A stretch of 64,000 nucleotides of DNA from Bacteroidales bacterium (GTDB lineage: Bacteria; Bacteroidota; Bacteroidia; Bacteroidales; UBA932), in contig JAGABI010000011.1 of the NCBI GenBank assembly GCA_017614715.1, positions 10,821 through 74,820 on the forward strand, written 5' to 3'. Made by a program: the position numbers and the translations under genes. The notes below the pieces were generated by a model that did no database searches, was not told the DNA's origin, and saw only the letters and a program-made list of their open reading frames with translations. Positions 54,741 through 63,183 of this stretch are shown here, one piece after another. Numbering within the stretch: position 1 is the stretch's first letter; the number at the start of each line of letters is the position of its first letter.

Positions 54741-56255
54741 TTAATAACCGTCGTTCTGGGTCAGTAAGGGGTTGAGGATAAGTATGTCGGCCGGAATGGG
54801 GAACAGGTTTGTGTATCCTGTCCGGCTCTCATCGGGCAGTTCGGGGCGGGAGGACCATCCGCGAGAGAAGGTGCCAAACCGGATCTGGTCCTGGCGACGC
54901 CACCCCTCCCACGCAAATTCAATCATCCTCTCTTTGAGCAGGCCCTCCAGCGATATACCATTCATGGGTTTTGCACCGGCACGCTCGCGGACCATATTGA
55001 CCAGCGGCACTGCAGACGCCATATCATTGCTGCGGATCAGAGCCTCCGCTTTCATCAGCAATACGTCTGCATAGCGGAACATTACCCAGTCGTTGTCCAT
55101 CAGCTTGCCATCCTTCATGGCAGATGGATCCAGCTCATATTTCTTCATCCGGGCGCCGGCAAGCTTTTCATGGTCGCTGCCGGTGACATCCAGCGCAACC
55201 GCTTCCGGCTGATATATCACACCTTTGACGGGATTTCCGTTCAAATCGGTAGCTTGTCCGGCCCAGTAATTTATGTCAAAGCGGGGGTCCTGGTTGCCCT
55301 GGCGATAATTATTAGCATACAACACCTCCAGGGTGGCAGATGTCCCGTTTTCGCCCGTAAAGCCGCATGCCGCAGCATGGTCGTAGTGCCGGGAGCGGAA
55401 AAGATACTGGTTCTGCGCGGTGTACAGACGCTTGTCCATGGGGATGACAAAGATATTCTCGGGCGACTTTTCGTTATACACTTCAAAGTTGGAGGCGTAA
55501 TCCGAGGCAAGTTCATAGCCAAAGCCGGCAATCAGGTCGCAATAGCGGACCACCTCTCCGTAATCCTCCACCCCAGCATAAACCCGCGCATTGAGCCAGA
55601 GTTTAGCCAGGAGGAACCATGCAACCGGGCGGGTGATGCGGCCATAATAGGCGCCATAATAATTGCTCCGGGATAAGGCGAGGTCGTCGGCAACATCAAC
55701 CAGCTCAGAAACCACAAAATCAAACACCTGCTTGCGCGAAGACTGGGCAACAGACGACATGGATACCTTTGTAGATGTCACGATGGGGACCCGGCCAAAG
55801 AGATCCAGCAATTCGTAGTAGTAGAGGGCCCTGATGGCACGGGCCTCGGCCTGCCAGGCGGGGTTACCGTCCAGAGCCTCTATAGCCTGGTTGGTCATTA
55901 CCACTACTTTGTATAGATAATTCCACGTATTCTTCAGGGGGCCTTCTCCCGAATCCCAGGTATGGAGGTGGAGCCTCTGCCAGATGCCCCCGTCGTACCA
56001 GTCGCCGCTGCGGGTAGGCAGCAGCGCCTCGTCGCTGGTTATGGTATTCAGGTCATAAACGCCCTGGTAGGTTCCTGCCAGCCCCTGCGAAGAGCCGGTA
56101 CCGCCAAACAGCGCGTACAACGGGCCGAGGGTGCTCAGGTAAAGGGTATTGTCATCTGTGACAATATCGTCGGCGGGGAGCTGCGAGGCAGGTGTCTCGT
56201 TGAGGTATGTACAGCCCGTTATCAGCAGTATGGTAAGAAATGCTATCTTTTTCAT
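54741..56255 (-). CDS. SusD/RagB family outer-membrane lipoprotein
   Basis: 504 aa with lipobox LLITGC. TPR-like SusD pattern (RALYYYELLDLFGRVPI, FRYADVLLMKAEAL). Starts 1 nt after the SusC-like stop. Confidence 0.85.
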   Translation of the reverse strand: MKKIAFLTILLITGCTYLNETPASQLPADDIVTDDNTLYLSTLGPLYALFGGTGSSQGLAGTYQGVYDLNTITSDEALLPTRSGDWYDGGIWQRLHLHTWDSGEGPLKNTWNYLYKVVVMTNQAIEALDGNPAWQAEARAIRALYYYELLDLFGRVPIVTSTKVSMSSVAQSSRKQVFDFVVSELVDVADDLALSRSNYYGAYYGRITRPVAWFLLAKLWLNARVYAGVEDYGEVVRYCDLIAGFGYELASDYASNFEVYNEKSPENIFVIPMDKRLYTAQNQYLFRSRHYDHAAACGFTGENGTSATLEVLYANNYRQGNQDPRFDINYWAGQATDLNGNPVKGVIYQPEAVALDVTGSDHEKLAGARMKKYELDPSAMKDGKLMDNDWVMFRYADVLLMKAEALIRSNDMASAVPLVNMVRERAGAKPMNGISLEGLLKERMIEFAWEGWRRQDQIRFGTFSRGWSSRPELPDESRTGYTNLFPIPADILILNPLLTQNDGY

Positions 56256-56256
56256 A

Positions 56257-58896
56257 TCAGAACTGGATGCTTATTCCCGCGGTAACTGTGCGGTAAACCG
56301 GATAAGATATCTTGTCATCGAGACCGAATGTTCCGTCTGCCACATAGGAGTTTATCATCGGGGTCAGGCCAGAATAAGAGGTCAGGGTGCAAAGGTTGTT
56401 GACAGAGAGTGAGAGGCGCAGGTTCTGCACCACCCCTTTTACGGGGATGTTCCAGCCGACGGTTACATAATCCACATTCAGATAATCTCCCCTCTCCAGC
56501 CAGTAGTCGGTGACGGTCTGGTCCACGATATTCTTTTCCGGAGCCACCTCAAAAACGTTGTAATACGGCAGCGAGCCCATGTTCATATAGGTCAGGGCCG
56601 TACCGTTGTATATCTTATGCCCGAAAGCCCCGTTGACCTGTACAGAAATGTCCACGGCCTTGTAGCGGAAGCTGACGTTACTGCCAAGCATAGCCTTGGG
56701 GGTCGCCTGGCCGCACAAACGGGATTCACCATCGGTTTCGTAATAGTATGTACCGTCTTCCCTCTGGGCCAGGCCTGTGCAGTGAGGCAGGTAGAATACG
56801 CCGAGCGGCTGGCCGACAATCTGGAATACCACATCGTTGTCCCCGCCGCCATGGAAGCCGGCACCGTTCATGGATGCTATACCCTCCACGTCGGGCGCCT
56901 CCAGATACTGTCCCTGACAGTAACCGCTCAGGGAGATAAGCCTGTTGCGCTGCAGCGAGAGGTTCATGTTCACATTGAGCTGCATATCTTTCTTCCGGAT
57001 TGGATTAAGGCCGAGGGCAAACTCAAAACCGCTGTTGGACATCCTGCCCAGATTGGCCATGAGGTGGTCGTAGGCAAACGGAGGCACGCTCACCTGGTAG
57101 CCATAAAGCATGTCGCGGGTGAGCGAGTAGTAATACTCCATAGTGAACACGATGCGATTGTTCAGGAATGATGACTGAACGCCGGCATCAAAAGAAGAAC
57201 GCACCTCCCACTTGAGATCCGGATTTGCGTTGCGAACAAGGGTAAACGCCACCTCCGGATTGCCGTTAAGGTTGACCTCTGACGACGGTGCCACCAGCTC
57301 CAGGGAGTTATACGGGCCAAGAGCATCCTGGTTGCCGGAGAATCCGTAACCGACGCTGAACTTCAAGCCGGAGAGCCACCCGAGACCTTTGAAGAACTCC
57401 TCCTTCCCGGCGTCCCAACTGCCCGATACCGAGGGGAAGAGGCCCCAGCGGTTATTCGGACCGAACTTTGACGATGCATCTGCGCGCAGACTGGCAGAGA
57501 GCGAATACTTCTCTTCATACGAATAGCTGGCCCCTGTCATGAACGACAGCATCCTGGTCTTGATAGTAAACGAAGCAGTACCCTCCCAGGGGCGCACCGC
57601 ACCCGCCTGTATCGCATTGATGCCAAAGGCGTTGGTCTTGAATCCCGTCGTTGTGGTAAAGAACCCCTCCACCCCGGTCTGCTCGGTTTCTGCCAGCAGT
57701 GTCAAATCCATCTTGTGGCTCCCCATCCTGCGGTTGTATTCCAGCATCACCGACCCCAGGAAATCGCTGGTTTTTGTACTGCTCCTGTAGGCTTCTCCAC
57801 CGGACCAGATAATGGTCGGAAAGAAATGGCTGTCATCGTCAAAATTATGTCTGAAAGAGCCGAAAGCCGTCAACTTAAGGTACTGCGACAGAATAGCTGC
57901 AAACTGCAGATGAGTGTTGAAGTGTGCCGCCTCGGTATCAAAAGTCTTCTCCAGCAGCGACACCGGGTTGTTGATCTGGCTCGCCGCCGGAATCTGCAAA
58001 TAGCTCCCGTCCGGCTCGGCCCCTGCACGATAGGTCGGATTGAACGCGGCAGATGAGTAGAAGAGGTGCTGCATGTCGTGCAGGTCATGGTTCCTTTGCA
58101 GGGAAGCGAAGATGCCAAGGTCAAAACTGATTTTGCCATCCAGGGCCGTCTGCCCCACATCAAGTTTGAGGTTATAGTTATTCAGCCCGTGTTTCTGCAC
58201 TATCTGGCGACGGTCTAGATACCCGATAGAGGCGCGGTAATGGCTGGTCTCTCCCCCACCGCCAAAGGCTATATGATGGTTTTGGACCATGCCGGTTCGC
58301 AGAATTGACGATGGCATGTCGGAGTCGAAACCGTTATCGTTGTAAACGTATCCGCGGGCCCCGTTCTCGCGCCTGAAACCAGCTGCAGAGAGCATCTTTA
58401 GGTTCTTGCTGGTTTTCATGAATCCGGACATACCGTCGTATGAGATCCGGAACGCACCGCCGCGCCCTTTTGTGGTTGTCACGCGGATTACACCGGACGC
58501 GCCGCGCGACCCGTACCGGGCGGTCTCCGAGGCATCCTTAAGGACATCAAAACTGTCTATATCACCCGGATAGAGCGTTTCCAGCGTATTGATGTCTGCC
58601 GTAACACCGTCGATTATAATCAAAGGGTCGTTACCGCCGGTAAGCGACGTGGTACCGCGCACACGCACCGCAGAGAGCATGGCAGCCTGGTTGGCCCCGG
58701 AGATGGCCACACCGGCCGCCTGCCCGCTAAGGGCCTCCAGACCGGTAGTCACCAGGCCCTTGTTCATGTGATCTTTGGTCACGGTGTGCGACACGGCCGG
58801 CACCATAGCGGTCGAATCCGCCTCCTGTGCGGCAAGTTGCACCGGCAGCATCGTCGCAGCTAGGATTATCAATGTTTTAAAAGTATTTATTCGCAT
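56257..58896 (-). CDS. SusC/RagA family TonB-dependent outer-membrane transporter lacking the usual N-terminal carboxypeptidase-regulatory-like domain
   Basis: 879 aa. The signal peptide is followed almost directly by the plug (GLEALSGQAAGVAISG, VRGTTSLTGGNDPLIIIDGV, VLKDASETARYGSRGASGVIRVTT). The C-terminal beta-barrel ends ...AGISIQF. Confidence 0.9.
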   Translation of the reverse strand: MRINTFKTLIILAATMLPVQLAAQEADSTAMVPAVSHTVTKDHMNKGLVTTGLEALSGQAAGVAISGANQAAMLSAVRVRGTTSLTGGNDPLIIIDGVTADINTLETLYPGDIDSFDVLKDASETARYGSRGASGVIRVTTTKGRGGAFRISYDGMSGFMKTSKNLKMLSAAGFRRENGARGYVYNDNGFDSDMPSSILRTGMVQNHHIAFGGGGETSHYRASIGYLDRRQIVQKHGLNNYNLKLDVGQTALDGKISFDLGIFASLQRNHDLHDMQHLFYSSAAFNPTYRAGAEPDGSYLQIPAASQINNPVSLLEKTFDTEAAHFNTHLQFAAILSQYLKLTAFGSFRHNFDDDSHFFPTIIWSGGEAYRSSTKTSDFLGSVMLEYNRRMGSHKMDLTLLAETEQTGVEGFFTTTTGFKTNAFGINAIQAGAVRPWEGTASFTIKTRMLSFMTGASYSYEEKYSLSASLRADASSKFGPNNRWGLFPSVSGSWDAGKEEFFKGLGWLSGLKFSVGYGFSGNQDALGPYNSLELVAPSSEVNLNGNPEVAFTLVRNANPDLKWEVRSSFDAGVQSSFLNNRIVFTMEYYYSLTRDMLYGYQVSVPPFAYDHLMANLGRMSNSGFEFALGLNPIRKKDMQLNVNMNLSLQRNRLISLSGYCQGQYLEAPDVEGIASMNGAGFHGGGDNDVVFQIVGQPLGVFYLPHCTGLAQREDGTYYYETDGESRLCGQATPKAMLGSNVSFRYKAVDISVQVNGAFGHKIYNGTALTYMNMGSLPYYNVFEVAPEKNIVDQTVTDYWLERGDYLNVDYVTVGWNIPVKGVVQNLRLSLSVNNLCTLTSYSGLTPMINSYVADGTFGLDDKISYPVYRTVTAGISIQF

Positions 58897-58921
58897 GGTC
58901 GCGGGGTTACGGTTATACTTA

Positions 58922-58929
58922 CAAATATA
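58922..58929 (-). promoter_or_regulatory. -7 promoter box (TATATTTG, minus strand) for the susC-like operon
   Basis: TAnnTTTG match 25 nt upstream of the ATG at 58896. Confidence 0.4.
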
Positions 58930-58952
58930 ACGAAAGAAAAGAGATAAAGAAA

Positions 58953-58982
58953 GAGGGCGGAATCGTAACCGATCCCGCCCTC
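58953..58982 (-). terminator. Intrinsic terminator downstream of the M16 peptidase gene
   Basis: The minus strand reads gagggcgg-gatcggttacgatt-ccgccctc followed by tttctttatctcttttctttcg. Confidence 0.6.
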
Positions 58983-59004
58983 ATCTATTGTTTCCAGTAC
59001 TCTG

Positions 59005-61899
59005 CTAGTATCCGAAAATCTCCTCGCTGGTGAGGAACTTAACGGGGCCGAGGGTACGGAGGAAGTCGATATCCATGTCGTTCTGGTCGCCGAGGATACC
59101 GTAGGAGTACTTGCGGTCCTTGACCCACTCCTGCTGGTAAGCCACAACATCGTTGATGGTCATATCCTGGACCTTCTCAAAGAGTTCGCGGTCCAGAGGC
59201 TCGTCGAGACCCATATCGCGGCAGTTTACATATTCGCGGATCACATCCATGCCGGTGGTGCGCTCTGTGCGCAGGCGGGTGATGATGGCGTCCTTTGCAA
59301 TTGCAAACGCATTCTCGCTGACGGGCATGTTGTTGATTATCTCAGCGAATGCCTCCACAGCCTGCTGCAGCTTGTCGTTCTGGGTAGCGATAAATGCACC
59401 GTAGAGGTACTTGCCGTCGCTGTAGTGAGGGCTCTGCATATTAGCCTGGGCAGAATATGCAAGGCCGCGGGCCTCTCGCATCTCCTGGAATACAACGGCA
59501 TTCATATTGCCGCCAAAGTACTCGTTGTAGAGGGTACGTGCAGGGTCGCTCTCACGGTCAAACTTGCGGTCATCAACAGAAATCTGATAATAATAGAGCT
59601 GACGTGCGTCATACTGTGCAAAGAATACCTTGCTCTCGTCGGCAGTGATAAAATCGTCAAAGTGTTTTACCAGCGGTTCGGGATTCTCTGCGATTGTGTG
59701 GTTTGCAGCGATGCAAGCTTTCACGTCCGCCTCCTTGTCGGGGCCGTAATAATAAATTTCATGCTGCTTGGTCACCAGGTCGCGGATAGCCCCCAGAATC
59801 TGCTCGGATGTAACGGCAAGAGCCTCCTCGTTGGTGAGGGTAATCTTTTTGATCTTTTCGGGACCTACAGCGATATATGAAACCAACGCCTGGAAGTTGG
59901 CGCGCTGGTTCATCTTTCTGTTCTGACGTGCCTTGAGGATGTCGTACTTAGCGTTCAAGAGGATATCCTCGTCGGGCTGTGCATTCGCAATCAGGTTCTC
60001 AACAAGGGCGATAGCCTCGCCCATATTCTCCTTGAGGCCGGTAATGGAGATGGTGAAGGTGTTGTCGCTGCAAATAAAGTTGTAGTCGCATGCAAGCGAG
60101 TACATCTTGCGTGCTATATCCTGGGCGCTCATGGTGTCGGTGCCGAGATAATTCAGGTAATCACCCACATAAGAGAGTACAGGGTTGTCGTTAGAGCCGC
60201 TGTTGAATACAAACTGTACGGTGAATATGTCGTTCAGGGTGTTCTCCTTGTAAATCAGATCCACGTTTGCAGCGACATTGCTGATAGAAAGATCCTTGGA
60301 GAAATCCAGGAACACAGGTTCGATGGGCTTGGGGACGTTGGCCACGATCTCCTTGAGGAAATCGCTGGATGCGTCGCGGTTCATGAAGATAGGGGTGATT
60401 GCGGGAGCAGAGATCTTCTGTACGTTGGGATCCTCCCCTACACGCTTGTAAATTACAGCGTAGTTGTTCTGGCAGAGATACTTGTTGGCAAAGTCAACAA
60501 CATCCTCCTTGGTCACCTTCTCGATCTCCGAGAAGCCCTTTACGACATCTTTCCATGCGATGCCGTAACCAAAGGTGTATGCAAACTGCAAAGCGCGGTT
60601 GCTGTTGTCGGCAAACTGGCTCTGCTGCTGCAGGCGCGCATTATTGATGCAGGACTTGACATCCTCTTCTGTAAAGTCACCGGCGCAAAGCTTGGCAACC
60701 TCTGCGAGCACAATGTCGCGCACCTCTTCCAGAGTCTGACCCTCTTTGGGGCGACCCATAGCCATCATACAGCCATAGTCGGGCTGCATGTTGGCAAAGG
60801 CATATACGCCTAGGGCCTTCTGCTGCTGATTGACGTCGAGGTCGATGAGGCCGGCAGTGCCGTTGAAGAGAACGGAAGATGCAATCTCGGCGACGGGATC
60901 AATCTCAGGATTAGCAGCTACGCCGGGGAGCCGCCATGCCATGGTAACACTCTCTGCCTCAAGACCATAAACCTCCTTTACAACAGGCTCGGTAATATCC
61001 GGCTCCGGTTCAAACTTCAGCTCGGGAACCTCTTTGGGCTGCATACCGCCAAAGTACTTCTCCACAATCTTCACAAAGTTGTCGGGGTCAAAGTCACCGC
61101 TTACGCAGATAGCCATGTTGTTGGGCACATAGTATGTGTCGTGATACTGCTGAACAAGCTTGATTGAAGGGTTCTTGAGGTGCTCCTGGGTACCGAGCAC
61201 AGTCTGGGTACCGTAGGGGTGATGAGGGAACAGCGCTGCGTCAAGAGCCTCGTTTACCTTGCGGTTGTCCTGGGTCAGCGACATGTTCTTCTCCTCATAT
61301 ATAGTCTCAAGCTCGGTGTGGAAACCGCGGATCACGGCGTTCTCAAAACGGTCCGCCTGGATCCTTGCCCAGTTCTCAATCTGGTTGGCCGGGATGTCCT
61401 CCACATAGCAGGTCATATCCTGGGAGGTGAAGGCATTGGTGCCGGAAGCTCCAATGGCAGACATCAACTTGTCATATTCGTTGGGGATGGAGATCTTGGA
61501 TGCCTCGTAGCTGATTGAGTCAATCTTGTGGTAGATAGCTGCCCGCTCGGCCTCATCCGTGGTCACGCGGTATACCTCAAACAGGTCGGCGATCTCATCC
61601 AGCATAGGCTTCTCAGCCTCAAAGTCGCCTGTGCCGAACTTCTGGGTACCCTTGAACATCAGGTGCTCAAAGTAGTGGGCCATACCGGTGGTCTCCGCCG
61701 GGTCGTTCTTACCGCCGACACGTACGCAGATTGCGGTTTGCATCCGGGGTTCATCCTTATTCACAGACATATAGACTTTAAGTCCGTTGTCAAGGGTGTA
61801 AATCTTCGTTTTAAGAGGGTCGCCATCGTAAGTCTCGTACTTCTTGCACGAAACCAACGCGAGCAGGACCATTACAAATAACAAACTGATTCTTTTCAT
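59005..61899 (-). CDS. M16 family (insulinase/pitrilysin, PqqL/FusC-like) two-lobed zinc metallopeptidase, lipoprotein
   Basis: 964 aa with lipobox LLALVSC. Inverted zinc motif HYFEHLMFKGT plus a downstream E. The second, inactive-type M16 half gives the about 930-970-aa single-chain architecture. Confidence 0.9.
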   Translation of the reverse strand: MKRISLLFVMVLLALVSCKKYETYDGDPLKTKIYTLDNGLKVYMSVNKDEPRMQTAICVRVGGKNDPAETTGMAHYFEHLMFKGTQKFGTGDFEAEKPMLDEIADLFEVYRVTTDEAERAAIYHKIDSISYEASKISIPNEYDKLMSAIGASGTNAFTSQDMTCYVEDIPANQIENWARIQADRFENAVIRGFHTELETIYEEKNMSLTQDNRKVNEALDAALFPHHPYGTQTVLGTQEHLKNPSIKLVQQYHDTYYVPNNMAICVSGDFDPDNFVKIVEKYFGGMQPKEVPELKFEPEPDITEPVVKEVYGLEAESVTMAWRLPGVAANPEIDPVAEIASSVLFNGTAGLIDLDVNQQQKALGVYAFANMQPDYGCMMAMGRPKEGQTLEEVRDIVLAEVAKLCAGDFTEEDVKSCINNARLQQQSQFADNSNRALQFAYTFGYGIAWKDVVKGFSEIEKVTKEDVVDFANKYLCQNNYAVIYKRVGEDPNVQKISAPAITPIFMNRDASSDFLKEIVANVPKPIEPVFLDFSKDLSISNVAANVDLIYKENTLNDIFTVQFVFNSGSNDNPVLSYVGDYLNYLGTDTMSAQDIARKMYSLACDYNFICSDNTFTISITGLKENMGEAIALVENLIANAQPDEDILLNAKYDILKARQNRKMNQRANFQALVSYIAVGPEKIKKITLTNEEALAVTSEQILGAIRDLVTKQHEIYYYGPDKEADVKACIAANHTIAENPEPLVKHFDDFITADESKVFFAQYDARQLYYYQISVDDRKFDRESDPARTLYNEYFGGNMNAVVFQEMREARGLAYSAQANMQSPHYSDGKYLYGAFIATQNDKLQQAVEAFAEIINNMPVSENAFAIAKDAIITRLRTERTTGMDVIREYVNCRDMGLDEPLDRELFEKVQDMTINDVVAYQQEWVKDRKYSYGILGDQNDMDIDFLRTLGPVKFLTSEEIFGY

Positions 61900-61928
61900 T
61901 TTATGGGTGGTTTTCGTATTTTATGACG

Positions 61929-61936
61929 CAAATATA
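61929..61936 (-). promoter_or_regulatory. -7 promoter box (TATATTTG, minus strand) for the M16 peptidase gene
   Basis: TAnnTTTG match 29 nt upstream of the ATG at 61899. Confidence 0.4.
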
Positions 61937-61983
61937 TATATAATTTAGTACCTTAGCCGCGCTTTTTATCAATTCATGTTTCT

Positions 61984-63183
61984 ATGCCTTTCATTTCGAA
62001 ACGCGGCGATTTGATGCCTGCCTCCCCTATCCGCCGGCTGGCACCGCTTGCAGATGCAGCAAAAGCCCGCGGGATCCACGTCTATCACCTGAACATCGGC
62101 CAGCCCGACCTCCCCACCCCTCAGGTTGCAATTGACGCTATCCGCAACATCGACCGCACCATACTGGAATACAGTCCCAGCCAGGGTTACCGCAGTTATC
62201 GCGAGAAACTGGTCGGCTACTATAAGAAATTCAACATCGACGTAACTGCCGATGATATCATAATCACCACCGGCGGTAGCGAGGCGGTGCTTTTCGCATT
62301 CCTGAGCTGCCTCAACCCGGGCGACGAGATAATAGTCCCGGAACCGGCATACGCGAACTACATGGCCTTTGCCATATCGGCGGGGGCTGTGATTCGCACC
62401 GTAACCACCACCATAGATGAGGGCTTCTGCCTGCCCAAGGTCGATAAGTTTGAAGAACTTATAAACGAACGCACCAAGGCGATCCTTATCTGCAACCCCA
62501 ACAACCCGACCGGCTACCTCTACACCCGCAAGGAGATGGAGCAAATCCGCCAGCTGGTCAAGAAATACGACCTCTACCTCTTCAGCGACGAGGTTTACCG
62601 CGAATTCGTTTACGCCGGCACGCCTTATATCAGCGCCTGCCACCTTCAGGGTATAGAGCAGAATGTGGTGCTGATCGATTCCGTGTCCAAGCGCTACTCC
62701 GAGTGCGGCATCCGCATCGGCGCCCTTATCACAAAGAATAAAGAGCTCCGCAAGACGGTGATGAAGTTCTGTCAGGCGCGCCTGAGTCCGCCTCTGGTCG
62801 GCCAGATTGCCGCAGAAGCATCGCTGGAAGCTCCTGAAGATTATACAGCAGAGGTTTACGAAGAGTATCTGGAACGGCGCAAATGCCTCATCGACGGCCT
62901 CAACAAGATTCCGGGCGTATACTCCCCCATCCCGATGGGTGCATTCTACACCGTGGCAAAACTCCCCGTTGACGACAGCGACAAGTTCTGCCAGTGGTGC
63001 CTGGAGAGTTTCGAATACGAGGGCGCGACTGTGATGATGGCTCCCGCCAGCGGTTTCTACACCACAGAAGGGGTCGGCCGCAACGAAGTCCGCCTCGCCT
63101 ACGTCCTCAAGATAGAAGACCTCAAGAAGGCCCTAGTAGTGCTTCAGAAAGCCCTGGAAGCATATCCCGGGCGCGTAGATTAA
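61984..63183 (+). CDS. PLP-dependent class I aminotransferase (aspartate/aromatic aminotransferase-like)
   Basis: 399 aa. LNIGQPDLPTP, NPNNPTGY, and SVSKRYSECGIRIGAL (PLP lysine in SxSK). Confidence 0.85.
   Translation: MPFISKRGDLMPASPIRRLAPLADAAKARGIHVYHLNIGQPDLPTPQVAIDAIRNIDRTILEYSPSQGYRSYREKLVGYYKKFNIDVTADDIIITTGGSEAVLFAFLSCLNPGDEIIVPEPAYANYMAFAISAGAVIRTVTTTIDEGFCLPKVDKFEELINERTKAILICNPNNPTGYLYTRKEMEQIRQLVKKYDLYLFSDEVYREFVYAGTPYISACHLQGIEQNVVLIDSVSKRYSECGIRIGALITKNKELRKTVMKFCQARLSPPLVGQIAAEASLEAPEDYTAEVYEEYLERRKCLIDGLNKIPGVYSPIPMGAFYTVAKLPVDDSDKFCQWCLESFEYEGATVMMAPASGFYTTEGVGRNEVRLAYVLKIEDLKKALVVLQKALEAYPGRVD

Noticed and set aside
58897-61983. Classical Fur boxes upstream of the M16 and susC-like genes
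   Set aside because: I looked for GATAATGATAATCATTATC-like sequences in 58897-59004 and 61900-61983. I saw only AT-rich promoter sequence and a weak gttata/tataac dyad overlapping the susC -7 box. Nothing is convincing enough to call.
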